A stretch of DNA of 64,000 bases. It comes from an uncultured Planctomycetales bacterium (GTDB taxonomy: Bacteria > Omnitrophota > Gorgyraeia > Zapsychrales > JANLHA01). Below the pieces are notes generated by a model. It searched no databases. It was not told the DNA's origin and saw only the letters and a list, made by a program, of their open reading frames with translations. Made by a program: the position numbers and the translations under genes. The stretch is from positions 13,570 through 77,569 of the forward strand of contig CAYYRJ010000009.1 of assembly GCA_964474085.1 (NCBI GenBank), read 5' to 3'. Shown here in pieces: positions 46,719 through 57,130 of the stretch. Numbering within the stretch: the stretch's first letter is position 1; every line of letters begins with the position of its first letter.

Positions 46719-49616
46719 TTACCAGCACAGCGGTTTTTGCCAGGCTTCTTTCAAATCGTCGATATGGGCATTAACGCAAACTTTTTTGTCCAGTCCATAA
46801 ATTAAAAATTCACTCGTTTCTTCAACGCGCCCAATGCAGGCACACGGCAAACCTTTCAATGCTTTTTCAAACAGCTTTTGCTTCCCCGGCTCAATCTCGA
46901 CGACAAAACGCGAATGCGATTCGGAAAATAAAACAAAATCATTGCGAGTCATTTTTCCTTTAAGCGGCACTTGATCCAAACGCACCGTTACACCAAACCC
47001 ACCGCTAAAAGCCATTTCAGCTAAAGCAACGGCTAACCCGCCCTCCGAACAATCATGAATCGAAGAAACCAAACGGGCCCCAACGGCCGCCGACAAAGTT
47101 TCAAAAGTTTTTAAAGCGCTCGAAAAATTGACTTGCGGGACAGTGTTGCCGATCGCATGGTGATTGTCAAAATAAATCGAACCACCTAATTCCGGCAAGG
47201 TGTTTCCGACGACATAAATAAGATTGCCGCTCTTTTTAAAATCCATCGTCAGACAGCGGTTGACATCGTCCACAATACCGATTGCAGAAATTAAAATTGT
47301 GCCCGGGATCGCAATTGTTTCTTTTCCGACGGCAAATTCATTATACAAACTGTCCTTACCTGAAATAAACGGCGTCCCGAAGGCCATTGCTGCTTTATAA
47401 CAACCTTCTGCACAACGAACAAGTCCACCTAAACGATCCGGTTTATCGGGGTTCCCCCAACAAAAATTATCCAAAAGCGCCAGCTCTTTGAGGTCTCCTC
47501 CGACGCTGATAATCTGGCGTATCGCTTCATCGATACAACCGGCCGCCATCCAAAACGGATCAATTTTTCCATAACGAAAATTGACCCCATTGGAAATTGC
47601 GACCGCTTTTTTACCGCCGAGTTTTGGCAAAATGACTGCAGCATCAGACGGTCCGTCGGCATGTTTTCCGACTAAAGGTTTAATAATGCTGCCCCCCTGA
47701 ACCTCATGATCGTACTGACGGATGATCCACTCTTTCGAACAAACGTTCAAATGCGACAGCGCTTCAAAAAGCGACTCATTCAAATCTTTGGGGCAAGCAA
47801 ATTTGGGCTCTTGATGTTTAGGTATTTCCCAGAGCGCTTCTTTGGTAATGTCCGGTATCCCGTCGTGCAAAAACGCCATGTCCATATCGCAAACACAGAC
47901 GTCCTGAAAGAAAAGCTTGAGTTTTTGATCATTGTCAAACGCGCCGATAACAGTCGCCTCCACATTTTCGTCGCTAAAAATCTTTAAAAGTTTTTGTGCA
48001 TTCTTCGGCGGCACTGACATGACCATGCGTTCCTGCGATTCAGAAATCCAGATTTCCGAATAGGACAAGCCCTGATATTTTAACGGGACCTTTTCCAGAT
48101 AAACGCTCGCGCCTAAATGCTGGGCCATTTCTCCGACGGCACTTGAAAGTCCGCCAGCCCCGCAATCAGTGATAGCCGAATAAAGTCCTGCGTCACGCGC
48201 TTTCAAAAGAACATCGAGCACTTTTTTCTCTTGAATAGGATGCCCAATCTGAACGGCACCGCTGGAGACAACCTCGCTTTCATCAGTAAGCTCTCCAGAG
48301 GAAAACGTCGCGCCATGAATCCCGTCGCGGCCGGTTCGCCCGCCGGCAACAACAATCAAATCGCCTGTATGGGTTTTCTTTTTTTCCATGCCCTTAGGGA
48401 TCACGCCGACCGTGCCGCAAAAAACAAGCGGATTACCCACAAACCCCTGATCAAACAAAACCGCTCCATTGACCGTCGGAATCCCCATTTTGTTGCCATA
48501 ATCGCGCACCCCGCTGACGACCCCTTTCATAACACGTTTAGGGTGCAAAGTTCCAGCGGGCAAATCTTTTAAATCCGTGTCCGGCGGAGCAAAACAAAAA
48601 ACATCCGTATTGCAAATCGGTTTGGCGCCCAGACCGGTTCCCAAAATATCACGGATGACCCCGCCGATACCGGTGTTAGCTCCGCCAAAAGGCTCCAAAG
48701 CGCTAGGATGATTATGCGTTTCGACTTTGAAACACACATGATCGTCTTTATCAAACTTGATCACCCCGGCGTTGTCATGAAAAACCGAAACACACCAAGA
48801 CTTATTAAGAGAATGCGTCGCTTTGGCAATCGTCGATTTAAGCAAATTGCGAATGATCGTCGTCTTAAACTTTGTACCTTGTTTAACGCGATAACGGATA
48901 TTGCCGCGAAATGTTTTGTGATGGCAATGCTCACTCCAAGTTTGCGCAACAGTTTCTAATTCACAATCCGTTGGATTTCGCCCCAACTTTTTAAAATGAT
49001 TTTGTATCGCCTGCATCTCGTGCAAATTTAAAAACAACTGTCCTTGTTTACTGATTTGCAAAAGTTTGTTTTGATCGGCAGCCAAAATCTCAACACAAGC
49101 GACATTGACCTGCTTTGAAACGCTCGTCTCGACTTTAAGAGGCGCAACAAAACCTTTAACAACATGCTGGATGAGTTTATTGGAAAGGACTTTTTCAACG
49201 ATCGTTTTAAGTTCGGCTTCGGAAAGTTTGCCTTTAAAGTGATACTGACGGGCCGTGCGGACACTTTGTGCTGTTTCGATGCCAAGATCACGAATACCTT
49301 TAAGCGTCGATTCCTCGACAGGATCCATGACCCCAGCATTATGCGCAATTTCAACGACATGATCGCTTTCCTGAAAACCAATGGCGTATTCATGCGCTGG
49401 ACAAAAATAATATTCCTGGGTCACTTTGTCGGTCAACAGTTCAGCGGCGATGAGTTCAACCTGTAAAGCGCTTAACTCTCCGCTTAAAATATACACCTGC
49501 ACAATGCGGACTTCCTGAAGGGGACGCAAAACAATATCCGCGACATCTTTTTTAATGCCTTCTGCCGCAGGATCAAAAATTCCCGCTTTATCTTTGATTT
49601 GTACACGCCAAAGCAT
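46719..49616 (-). CDS. purL: FGAM synthase PurL fused to two N-terminal PurS-like domains
   Basis: 965 aa. Two PurS-like roughly 80-aa repeats (WRVQIKDKAGIFDP... and HVVEIAHNAGVMDP...) precede a small-type PurL body. Confidence 0.85.
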   Translation of the reverse strand: MLWRVQIKDKAGIFDPAAEGIKKDVADIVLRPLQEVRIVQVYILSGELSALQVELIAAELLTDKVTQEYYFCPAHEYAIGFQESDHVVEIAHNAGVMDPVEESTLKGIRDLGIETAQSVRTARQYHFKGKLSEAELKTIVEKVLSNKLIQHVVKGFVAPLKVETSVSKQVNVACVEILAADQNKLLQISKQGQLFLNLHEMQAIQNHFKKLGRNPTDCELETVAQTWSEHCHHKTFRGNIRYRVKQGTKFKTTIIRNLLKSTIAKATHSLNKSWCVSVFHDNAGVIKFDKDDHVCFKVETHNHPSALEPFGGANTGIGGVIRDILGTGLGAKPICNTDVFCFAPPDTDLKDLPAGTLHPKRVMKGVVSGVRDYGNKMGIPTVNGAVLFDQGFVGNPLVFCGTVGVIPKGMEKKKTHTGDLIVVAGGRTGRDGIHGATFSSGELTDESEVVSSGAVQIGHPIQEKKVLDVLLKARDAGLYSAITDCGAGGLSSAVGEMAQHLGASVYLEKVPLKYQGLSYSEIWISESQERMVMSVPPKNAQKLLKIFSDENVEATVIGAFDNDQKLKLFFQDVCVCDMDMAFLHDGIPDITKEALWEIPKHQEPKFACPKDLNESLFEALSHLNVCSKEWIIRQYDHEVQGGSIIKPLVGKHADGPSDAAVILPKLGGKKAVAISNGVNFRYGKIDPFWMAAGCIDEAIRQIISVGGDLKELALLDNFCWGNPDKPDRLGGLVRCAEGCYKAAMAFGTPFISGKDSLYNEFAVGKETIAIPGTILISAIGIVDDVNRCLTMDFKKSGNLIYVVGNTLPELGGSIYFDNHHAIGNTVPQVNFSSALKTFETLSAAVGARLVSSIHDCSEGGLAVALAEMAFSGGFGVTVRLDQVPLKGKMTRNDFVLFSESHSRFVVEIEPGKQKLFEKALKGLPCACIGRVEETSEFLIYGLDKKVCVNAHIDDLKEAWQKPLCW

Positions 49617-49723
49617 ACTGTGGGGGGACGACTGCGCTGTTACATTAATCTTTATAATGCTTACTTTCGAAAAAGCGCAGTGCTGTACTGTGTTCCACTA
49701 TAAATAATTTAGGTAACACAGTG

Positions 49724-50428
49724 CTACCGGCTGACTCTACTTAGAACCTCTTGGTAGGCTTCTTCGATATTACCTAAATCCCGACGGAAACGATCTTTAT
49801 CAAGTTTCTGCCCGGTCTTGGCATCCCAAAGCCGGCACGTGTCCGGCGATATTTCATCGGCCAAAATGACCTTGCCCTTGTAGCGGCCAAATTCTAATTT
49901 AAAATCAACGAGTTTAATATTTAACAGAGAAAAGAACGTGAGCATAAGCTCATTGATTTTTAACGTATATTTTTTGATCTGCTCAACTTCCTCGTCGGTA
50001 GCAAGTTTAAGCGCCCGGATATGCGTTTCATTGATCATCGGATCATTGAGTTTGTCTTCTTTATAGCAGAATTCAAGAACCGGACAGGCTAAAGGTGTTC
50101 CCTCTTCAAGCCCCAAAATGCGCGACAAAGAACCGGCCGCGACATTGCGGACAATGACCTCCAAAGGGACAATCGACACACGCTTGACTAACATCTCGCG
50201 ATCACTTAATGTTTTTTCAAAATGCGTCGGGATTCCTTGAGTAATCAAATATTCAAAAATTCTCGTCGAGATTTTGTTATTGATAATGCCCTTGTCCTGA
50301 ATCGATCCCTTTTTGGCCGCGTTAAAAGCGGTCGCGTCATCCTTAAAATACTGGATCAACAGGTCAGGATTGTCCGTTGTATACAGAATTTTTGCCTTGC
50401 CTTCGTATATTTTTTCACGTTTTTCCAT
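49724..50428 (-). CDS. purC: SAICAR synthetase
   Basis: MEKREKIYEGKAKILY N-terminus and SAICAR_synt fold. 234 aa. Confidence 0.9.
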   Translation of the reverse strand: MEKREKIYEGKAKILYTTDNPDLLIQYFKDDATAFNAAKKGSIQDKGIINNKISTRIFEYLITQGIPTHFEKTLSDREMLVKRVSIVPLEVIVRNVAAGSLSRILGLEEGTPLACPVLEFCYKEDKLNDPMINETHIRALKLATDEEVEQIKKYTLKINELMLTFFSLLNIKLVDFKLEFGRYKGKVILADEISPDTCRLWDAKTGQKLDKDRFRRDLGNIEEAYQEVLSRVSR

Positions 50429-50448
50429 AAATTCCCCTCACAAAAATA

Positions 50449-51744
50449 CTATTTGAGTCCCACACGCTTGAAGATAAAGTCCCGATGGCGGGTATAATAC
50501 TTAATGTCAAAACAAGCATCAATTTCACTGGGCTTAAGGAACTTGCGCACCTTGCGGTCGCGATAAAGCACTTCCTTAAAATCAGAAGTATCTTGCCAAA
50601 CCTGCATCGCGCAATGTTGAATAATTTCATACGCTTCTTCGCGGGTAATGCCTTTTTTCATGAGTTCCAAAAGCACACGCTGCGAATAAATCAACCCATT
50701 GGTCTTTGTTAAACTGGCGATCATGTTCTTTGGATACACCAAAAGCCCGTCGATAATCGGAATAAATTTGTTAAGCATATAATTGAGAATCGCAGTACTA
50801 TCAGGCAAAATAATCCGTTCAACCGACGAATGGCTGATATCGCGCTCATGCCAAAGCGCAATGTTTTCAAAGGCAGCCATCGCATTGGAACGCAAAAGAC
50901 GAGACAACCCGGAAATGCGCTCGCAGGTCACCGGATTGCGTTTATGCGGCATCGCCGAGGAACCGATTTGCCCTTTAAAAAATGGCTCTTCAACTTCCAA
51001 AACTTCGGTCTTTTGCAATAAACGGATTTCCGTCGCAAATTTATTTAACGACGCTCCGATCAAAGCCAAGGTGGTTACAAATTGACAATGAATATCCCGC
51101 TGAATAATCTGGGTGGCGATATTCGCCGGCTTTAAGCCTAACTGCTCGCAGACAAATTCCTCGACGTGCGGATCAATGTTTGCATATGTCCCAACCGCAC
51201 CAGAAAGTTTTCCGACGCGCATATTTTCGCGGGCTTGCTCCATGCGCTCCAAATTTCTTTTCATCTCGTCGTACCAAACAGCAAGCTTTAGACCAAAGGT
51301 CATAGGTTCCGCATGAACCCCGTGCGTGCGGGCGATGCAATTGGTGTCCTTATATTTTTTGGCTTTAATTTTTAAAACCATCAGAAGCTTACGAATATCG
51401 GCAATCAAAATATCGCTGGCCTCAACACATTGGACAGACAGTGTTGTGTCCAATAAATCCGACGAGGTTAATCCCATGTGCAGGTAACGAGCTTCGGGCC
51501 CCAGATACGAACCGACATTATTGATAAAAGCAACGATATCGTGCTTAGTTCTTTCTTCTAGTTTTTGAATTTCTTCGATATTAAATTTGGCGCTCTTTTT
51601 GATTTTTTCAAGCGACTTTTTAGGAATGTTGCCTAGCTTGCACATCGCCTCGCAGGCTAAGATTTCAATGTTCAACATAATCTGGAATTTATGTTCATCC
51701 GTCCAAATGCTGCCCATTTTGGATAAAGTATAACGTTCAATCAT
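50449..51744 (-). CDS. purB: Adenylosuccinate lyase
   Basis: Start reset to ATG at 51742-51744 (MIERYTLSKMGSIW...) with an AAGGAG RBS. Fumarate lyase signature GSSAMPHKRNP. Confidence 0.9.
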   Translation of the reverse strand: MIERYTLSKMGSIWTDEHKFQIMLNIEILACEAMCKLGNIPKKSLEKIKKSAKFNIEEIQKLEERTKHDIVAFINNVGSYLGPEARYLHMGLTSSDLLDTTLSVQCVEASDILIADIRKLLMVLKIKAKKYKDTNCIARTHGVHAEPMTFGLKLAVWYDEMKRNLERMEQARENMRVGKLSGAVGTYANIDPHVEEFVCEQLGLKPANIATQIIQRDIHCQFVTTLALIGASLNKFATEIRLLQKTEVLEVEEPFFKGQIGSSAMPHKRNPVTCERISGLSRLLRSNAMAAFENIALWHERDISHSSVERIILPDSTAILNYMLNKFIPIIDGLLVYPKNMIASLTKTNGLIYSQRVLLELMKKGITREEAYEIIQHCAMQVWQDTSDFKEVLYRDRKVRKFLKPSEIDACFDIKYYTRHRDFIFKRVGLK

Positions 51745-51903
51745 CGCGTTTTCTCCTTTTTTTCTTGATAAAACGCAAGTAATATACCAGAAGAAAAATT
51801 TGAAATCAATTGAAAAGAAAAAACAACCCCTGCAATTCGTCCGTAAAGCCAATAATTATATATATTTAGATAAAATATCAACACGCAGAAAAACCCACAA
51901 AAT

Positions 51904-52332
51904 TTACTTTGTTTTGGCTGGCTTTTCTAGTTTTTTGACATTATCTTCAAAATATTTTTGCGAAACCTGCATAACCTCTGTCATCAATTGCGGGGTTAAG
52001 GCCAAATTTTTGACACCCACAGGACTTTTGTAAAAAGCGATCAGCTCTGTCAACTCGGCTGGGGTAAAATGTTTGGCATAAACAGGGACTATATTATCAA
52101 TAATGACATCCGGTTTTAAAAGATCGCGCAACTCTTGCTGCGAATCAGCGGGGGCACGGCTGATAATGTCCTCAAAAATGCGAATCAAACTCGTTCGCAT
52201 CCCGTTGGCCTCCAAAAGCCGACGGACCAATTCCTTGGTTTCAGAAGTAACAGGCACGGCTGGAACCTGCGCAAAAGCAATCGATGAAACACAAACAAAA
52301 ACCAACAGGCTGATCCAAAGAATTTTTTTCAT
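51904..52332 (-). CDS. Secreted DUF2059-like protein
   Basis: Start at MKKILWISLL with a signal peptide. Carries a TPAELTELIAFYKSPVG motif resembling DUF2059. Confidence 0.45.
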   Translation of the reverse strand: MKKILWISLLVFVCVSSIAFAQVPAVPVTSETKELVRRLLEANGMRTSLIRIFEDIISRAPADSQQELRDLLKPDVIIDNIVPVYAKHFTPAELTELIAFYKSPVGVKNLALTPQLMTEVMQVSQKYFEDNVKKLEKPAKTK

Positions 52333-52411
52333 AATTTCCTCCTTATGACGACTTATTTTTTTTGTATCATAGCACAGAATAAAAAAATCCCACATCTAAG
52401 CCGCATTTTGA

Positions 52412-53551
52412 TTGCGCCAGTTTTGCCTATATGTTACGATGTTGCCCATGTTAAACAAGATCAAAAAACAAATCGACCGAAGCCTTGAACGCTTTTTAGA
52501 CAAAATCAAAATTGACTACAAACTACATTTAGTCGATCCTATCCTCTATGAAAGTATCCGCGAATTTTCACTGCGCGACGGCAAACGGATCCGTCCGATT
52601 CTTTTAGCCTTAAGCTACAAAGGTTACCGCACAGACACAGCGCCTATGTCACCGTCGATTTATTATGCTTCGACGTGCATTGAGCTTTTGCATAACTTTA
52701 TGCTTATCCACGATGACATCATTGACCGCTCGGACCTTCGCCGTGGAAAACCGACACTGCACCGACTTTTAGAAAAAGCGGCGGATATCCCCGAGCACAA
52801 ACGCTTAGGCTGCGATTTGAGCATCGTTGCCGGAGACATCGTTTATGCTTTGGCGATCGATGCCTTTTTATCAATCAACGAGGATCTTAAGCGCAAAGAA
52901 CGGGCGCTCAAATATTTTATCCAAACTGCTGTTTTTACCGCAATGGGCGAGTTTGCCGATACGCTTCACGGTGTAAGAGGACTTAACAGAGTCAGCGAAA
53001 AAGATGTATTTTTAAATTACACCCTAAAAACCGCACGCTACACGTTTGACTGCCCTCTTGTCGTCGGAGCTATTTTAGCCGGCGCAGACAACAAAGACAT
53101 TAAAGCGCTCTCGAAACTGGGGCTTTTGATCGGCCAGGCTTTTCAAATCCAGGATGATGTGATCGGAATTTTTGACACCGAAAAAAATATCGGCAAATCA
53201 ATTTTAAGCGACCTAACAGAATCTAAAAAAACGATTTTAGTCTGCCATGCCTACCGCGTTCTCAAAGGAAAAGCCCGGGAGAAATTCCTGAAAATCTTTT
53301 TGAAGAATAAAAAAACCTACGCTGATCTCATCGCCGTGCGTCAAATTTTTGTTGAAGCAAAAAGTCTAAGTTATAGCTTAGAACAAATCAATATTCGCTT
53401 AGATCAAGCGCTTAAAATTTTGCGCAATTTAAAAATGGCGCCCAAATACAAAAACCTTATCGAAAAATGCCTTTTCCAACTTTTTAAACACAGCGAAAAT
53501 TTAAACCAGCAGTATCAACAACCCAACACAGCTGCATCCGCAAAAAAATAA
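52412..53551 (+). CDS. Polyprenyl diphosphate synthase (trans-isoprenyl diphosphate synthase family)
   Basis: First Asp-rich motif LIHDDIIDRSDLRRGKPT and second motif FQIQDDVIG. The true start may be ATG at 52439. Confidence 0.8.
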   Translation: MRQFCLYVTMLPMLNKIKKQIDRSLERFLDKIKIDYKLHLVDPILYESIREFSLRDGKRIRPILLALSYKGYRTDTAPMSPSIYYASTCIELLHNFMLIHDDIIDRSDLRRGKPTLHRLLEKAADIPEHKRLGCDLSIVAGDIVYALAIDAFLSINEDLKRKERALKYFIQTAVFTAMGEFADTLHGVRGLNRVSEKDVFLNYTLKTARYTFDCPLVVGAILAGADNKDIKALSKLGLLIGQAFQIQDDVIGIFDTEKNIGKSILSDLTESKKTILVCHAYRVLKGKAREKFLKIFLKNKKTYADLIAVRQIFVEAKSLSYSLEQINIRLDQALKILRNLKMAPKYKNLIEKCLFQLFKHSENLNQQYQQPNTAASAKK

Positions 53552-53552
53552 C

Positions 53553-55532
53553 CTATTGTTTGTTAAGCTTTTTTGCTTGTTCGATCAAATCAAGCAACAG
53601 CGGATCCCGAGGATAAAACCGCAGTCCCATTTGCCAGACTTCAATGGCTGCTTGAAATTTTTCGTAATTCCCCAATAGCTTGCCTAATTCTTCATAAGCA
53701 AATTTGTAACGCGGATTGATTTTTATAGCCCTCTGGTAACAACCGCGGGCCCTTTGCGGATCATTTGCTGAATAGAAAAACCCTCCCAACTGCACCATCA
53801 GCTCCGGGGAAACAGCATCACGAATCATCTTATCCGCAAGAAGCTTGGCTTTTTGCTCGTCTTTTAAATGAAAATAAAGATTGATCAGTTCAAATCGTGT
53901 TTTGTCATCACTTGGATCAATCGCCAAATTTTGAAGGTATAATTTTTCGGCCTGCGCCTTTTGATCCTGCGCGATCAAAATCTCAGACAAATTCAAGCGG
54001 GCTTCAAGAGTTCGCGGGTCAAGTTCAATCGCTTTCTTAAATGCGTCGGCCGCGTTCGACAAATTTCCGCTATCTTTCAACGCAACACCCAAATTGTTAT
54101 ATATGATTGAATCAAAAAGAGGGTTGACATTAATCACACTCTGAAAACTGGAAACAGCTTTAGAAAAATCTTTTTTTGCAAGATACACAAGGCCGATATT
54201 ATTAAAACTCACACAGCTTTTGGGATCAAGGATGGCAGACTTTTTTAATTGACTCAAGGCCATATCGAGTTGACCACTGCGTAAATACGCAGCCCCAAGA
54301 TTATCGTAAGCGCGTGCTTCCTGAGGAGTTTTTTTGATCTGATAATTCCAAACCGAAAAAGCGTCCTGCCAAACTTTGCACTGGTAAAATGTTTTTGCAG
54401 CCAGTCCAACGCTTAACGCCACACAAAGAATCACAAAAGGCATCCGCCAGCGGGAATTTTGGACTTTCAAAAAATTCAAACGATGTTCAAGGACATTTCC
54501 CAAAAGAAAACAAAAACCCAGACACGGCAAATACATAAACCGGTCGGCGACAATACTGACATCGACTTTCCCGTCGAAACGCAAAATAAAAAACACGGAA
54601 CAGACATAAAACAAAATCGAAAAAACAAACCATTTTTGTTTTCGCAAAAAGAAAAGAAGGGTAATAATCACAACAAACGCCAAAAAAGAAATCGAATATT
54701 GAGGGTTCTGCAATGTTGCCGGAAGGGGCAATTGATAAAGCGGCAAAAGCTCGACAGGAAAGAAAAACTTTCCAATATAAAAAACGAAAGTCCAAATCCA
54801 AATAAACAATGTCTCAACCGAAGCCGTGTGAGGCACCCTGGCATTCAAAAGAAATGTAATCGCAGCGACAGGAACAACAACCAAAAAAAACGGGATCTTG
54901 TTAAGTAAGGAGTGCAGACTTATCTTTTTTCCTTTGACCCATTCACAGGCTAAAAGGACTAACGGCAAACTTAACGCCATGGCCTTTGAAAGGATGCTTG
55001 CCGTTGCCAAAAAAACGGCAAGCCAATAAAATCGCCGCTTATGTTCATCAACATATTTTAAATACGCACACAGCGCTGCCAAATAAAAGAACGCATAAAG
55101 TACATCTTTCCGCTCAACAATCCAAGCCACCGACTCGACGTGAATAGGATGAATCGCAAAAATCAATGTCGACAAAATACACGCTAAAAACCCAAGCCCC
55201 AGACGCAAGCCCAGCACATATACAAAAAACACAACCCACAGATGCAGACACAAATTTGTCACGTGATAAACAACAGGATTGTATTGAAAAAAATGATATT
55301 CGCAGGCAAAAGACAACACGGTTAATGGGCTATACGTCGCAAAAACAGTCGAAGAAAATATTCGCTTGATCCCTTCAAAACTTAAAAATCTAACATCCAG
55401 ATTCCGCAACAAATACTGTTCCTCATCCCAATAGGTAAAACCATTATTTATGCTGGGCGCATAAGCTACCACAGCCATAAAAAAGACCGCTGCCAATATC
55501 CAAAACTTTTTTGTCCCCTGGGAAAGATTCAT
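53553..55532 (-). CDS. TMTC-like polytopic membrane protein with C-terminal TPR repeats (putative PMT-type glycosyltransferase)
   Basis: About 11 N-terminal TM helices followed by about 8 TPR repeats. 659 aa. Confidence 0.6.
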   Translation of the reverse strand: MNLSQGTKKFWILAAVFFMAVVAYAPSINNGFTYWDEEQYLLRNLDVRFLSFEGIKRIFSSTVFATYSPLTVLSFACEYHFFQYNPVVYHVTNLCLHLWVVFFVYVLGLRLGLGFLACILSTLIFAIHPIHVESVAWIVERKDVLYAFFYLAALCAYLKYVDEHKRRFYWLAVFLATASILSKAMALSLPLVLLACEWVKGKKISLHSLLNKIPFFLVVVPVAAITFLLNARVPHTASVETLFIWIWTFVFYIGKFFFPVELLPLYQLPLPATLQNPQYSISFLAFVVIITLLFFLRKQKWFVFSILFYVCSVFFILRFDGKVDVSIVADRFMYLPCLGFCFLLGNVLEHRLNFLKVQNSRWRMPFVILCVALSVGLAAKTFYQCKVWQDAFSVWNYQIKKTPQEARAYDNLGAAYLRSGQLDMALSQLKKSAILDPKSCVSFNNIGLVYLAKKDFSKAVSSFQSVINVNPLFDSIIYNNLGVALKDSGNLSNAADAFKKAIELDPRTLEARLNLSEILIAQDQKAQAEKLYLQNLAIDPSDDKTRFELINLYFHLKDEQKAKLLADKMIRDAVSPELMVQLGGFFYSANDPQRARGCYQRAIKINPRYKFAYEELGKLLGNYEKFQAAIEVWQMGLRFYPRDPLLLDLIEQAKKLNKQ

Positions 55533-55546
55533 TTAAAACGCCTCCG

Positions 55547-56650
55547 TCAAATTAATTTTACAGAGATTTCATCAAGCAACAAACGTCCGCGTCCGGTGGC
55601 TTGCAAATGATTCTTTTGCATCACTAAGAGTTCTTGTTCGACTAATACTTGAATCTGCTGGCAAACATCTTGCGGCAACAGACAATTAAACTGCCTTTCT
55701 AGCGACGAAAGTTCAACACCGCGATTCATCCGCAACCCAAAAACAAGAGCTTCCCTCAAGCGCTTTTCGCCCGATAAAATTTCCTGACCGTCTTGAGGAC
55801 TTTGGTTAGACTCGACATTTTTTAAATATTGCGCAAGGCGATCCGTATTCCAACTCCGTCGGCCGTCGTGATGGCTATGAGCGCTCATCCCTAAACCGAT
55901 GTAATTTCCGCTTTCCCAATAATTTATATTATGCTTTGACTCAAATCCCTTTCGGCTAAAATTGCTCACCTCATACTGCAACAAGCCGGATTCTTCCAAA
56001 AGCGATGTGACCAGTTGGTACTGCGCAGCTTGATTTTCATTGTCCTGCTCAAGGATTTTTTGCACATAAAATTTGCTGTTTGGCTCGACGGTCAATGTAT
56101 AAATCGAAACATGTTCGCTGCCTAATCCCAAAAGTGTTTGAACATCTTGTTTGATTTCTTCCAATGTCTGGTTAGGGAAAGAATACATCAAGTCCACATT
56201 GATATTTTTAAATCCTGCGCGGCGCAAATCATTAAACGCACTTAAAGCTTTAAACGAGTCATGCGCACGCCCTAAAGACTTTAAATACCCATCATTAAAT
56301 GTTTGTATCCCTAAACTCACACGGCTGACGCCTAAATCAAACAATGCTTTGGATTTTTCTAAATCAAGGTTCTCCGGATTTGCTTCTATCGTAATCTCAC
56401 AATCTTCGACGAGAAAAAAATTTCGCCGAAGAAACGAAAACAACTTGTGCAATTGCGACACAGTCAAAAGACTTGGTGTCCCGCCGCCTAAATAGATTGT
56501 CTTGATCATTTGCCCCTGATAAACAGCCGCCTCTTTGGTCAAGGCCTGCACGTAGTCATCCATCCGGTTTTCTTGTCCAATAGAAACAGCAAAAGAACAA
56601 TAAAAACATTTGCGCTGACAAAACGGAATGTGAAGATAAATAGAGGTCAT
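55547..56650 (-). CDS. hemW: Radical SAM heme chaperone / coproporphyrinogen III oxidase-like (HemW/HemN family)
   Basis: HIPFCQRKCFYCSF CxxxCxxC motif near the N-terminus and a HemN_C-like tail. Confidence 0.8.
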   Translation of the reverse strand: MTSIYLHIPFCQRKCFYCSFAVSIGQENRMDDYVQALTKEAAVYQGQMIKTIYLGGGTPSLLTVSQLHKLFSFLRRNFFLVEDCEITIEANPENLDLEKSKALFDLGVSRVSLGIQTFNDGYLKSLGRAHDSFKALSAFNDLRRAGFKNINVDLMYSFPNQTLEEIKQDVQTLLGLGSEHVSIYTLTVEPNSKFYVQKILEQDNENQAAQYQLVTSLLEESGLLQYEVSNFSRKGFESKHNINYWESGNYIGLGMSAHSHHDGRRSWNTDRLAQYLKNVESNQSPQDGQEILSGEKRLREALVFGLRMNRGVELSSLERQFNCLLPQDVCQQIQVLVEQELLVMQKNHLQATGRGRLLLDEISVKLI

Positions 56651-56773
56651 AAAAAATTTAAAAAATATTGTTTCGCGCGTAATTTAGAAATATTTTCGCA
56701 GGTGTTTATAATTATTACTAGGATAATTTCTTTCAATAAATATTTATCAATTTTCTCGTCGAGAAATAATTCA

Positions 56774-56805
56774 TTTTGATTTTTTTATTTCTAAAAAAAT
56801 CAAAA
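56774..56805. promoter_or_regulatory. 13-bp A/T-rich inverted repeat (putative operator or bent-DNA element)
   Basis: ttttgattttttt-atttct-aaaaaaatcaaaa in the AT-rich divergent region upstream of the leader ORF promoter. Confidence 0.3.
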
Positions 56806-56818
56806 AAATATCTTAAAA

Positions 56819-56846
56819 TTGTTAAGAAAATTTTTGCATCTATTAT
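56819..56846 (+). promoter_or_regulatory. Sigma-70-like promoter
   Basis: TTGTTA, a 16-nt spacer, then TATTAT. Lies about 65 nt upstream of the tiny ORF. Confidence 0.35.
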
Positions 56847-56911
56847 GTGCTGTGTTAATATTAAACCATAAATACAAATCAACATCTTTATCTCTGAGAA
56901 AGGAGAAAACG

Positions 56912-56962
56912 ATGGCAACAAAGAAAAAAGCAGCCAAGAAAAAGACAGCAAAGAGAAAGTAA
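56912..56962 (+). CDS. 16-aa lysine-rich leader-type peptide MATKKKAAKKKTAKRK
   Basis: Strong RBS AAAGGAGAAAAC 5 nt before the ATG. A terminator-like hairpin follows about 30 nt downstream. The next gene's ATG is at 57131. Confidence 0.35.
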   Translation: MATKKKAAKKKTAKRK

Positions 56963-56991
56963 ATTTCTCAAAGCTAAGATTTACCAGTAAA

Positions 56992-57024
56992 CCCCTCGGC
57001 GTTAAACCCGGGGGGTTTTGGTTT
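56992..57024 (+). terminator. Intrinsic-terminator-like hairpin with U-tract (candidate attenuator)
   Basis: ccccucgg-cguuaaac-ccggggg, a 7-bp GC stem with one bulge, followed by GUUUUGGUUU. Confidence 0.4.
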
Positions 57025-57130
57025 ATGACTTTAAGGGCCGCTAACGTGAGGCCCCAAAGAATGTCAAAGCCCTCCATAGCGAGGCGAAATGTTTCTTGTC
57101 CCAAAATCCTCTTGCCTTTATACTAAACGC

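Noticed and set aside
56651-57130. The AT-rich 480-bp region as a horizontally acquired or prophage remnant
   Set aside because: It is too short and contains only promoter, leader and terminator features. Its AT-richness fits a divergent promoter region.
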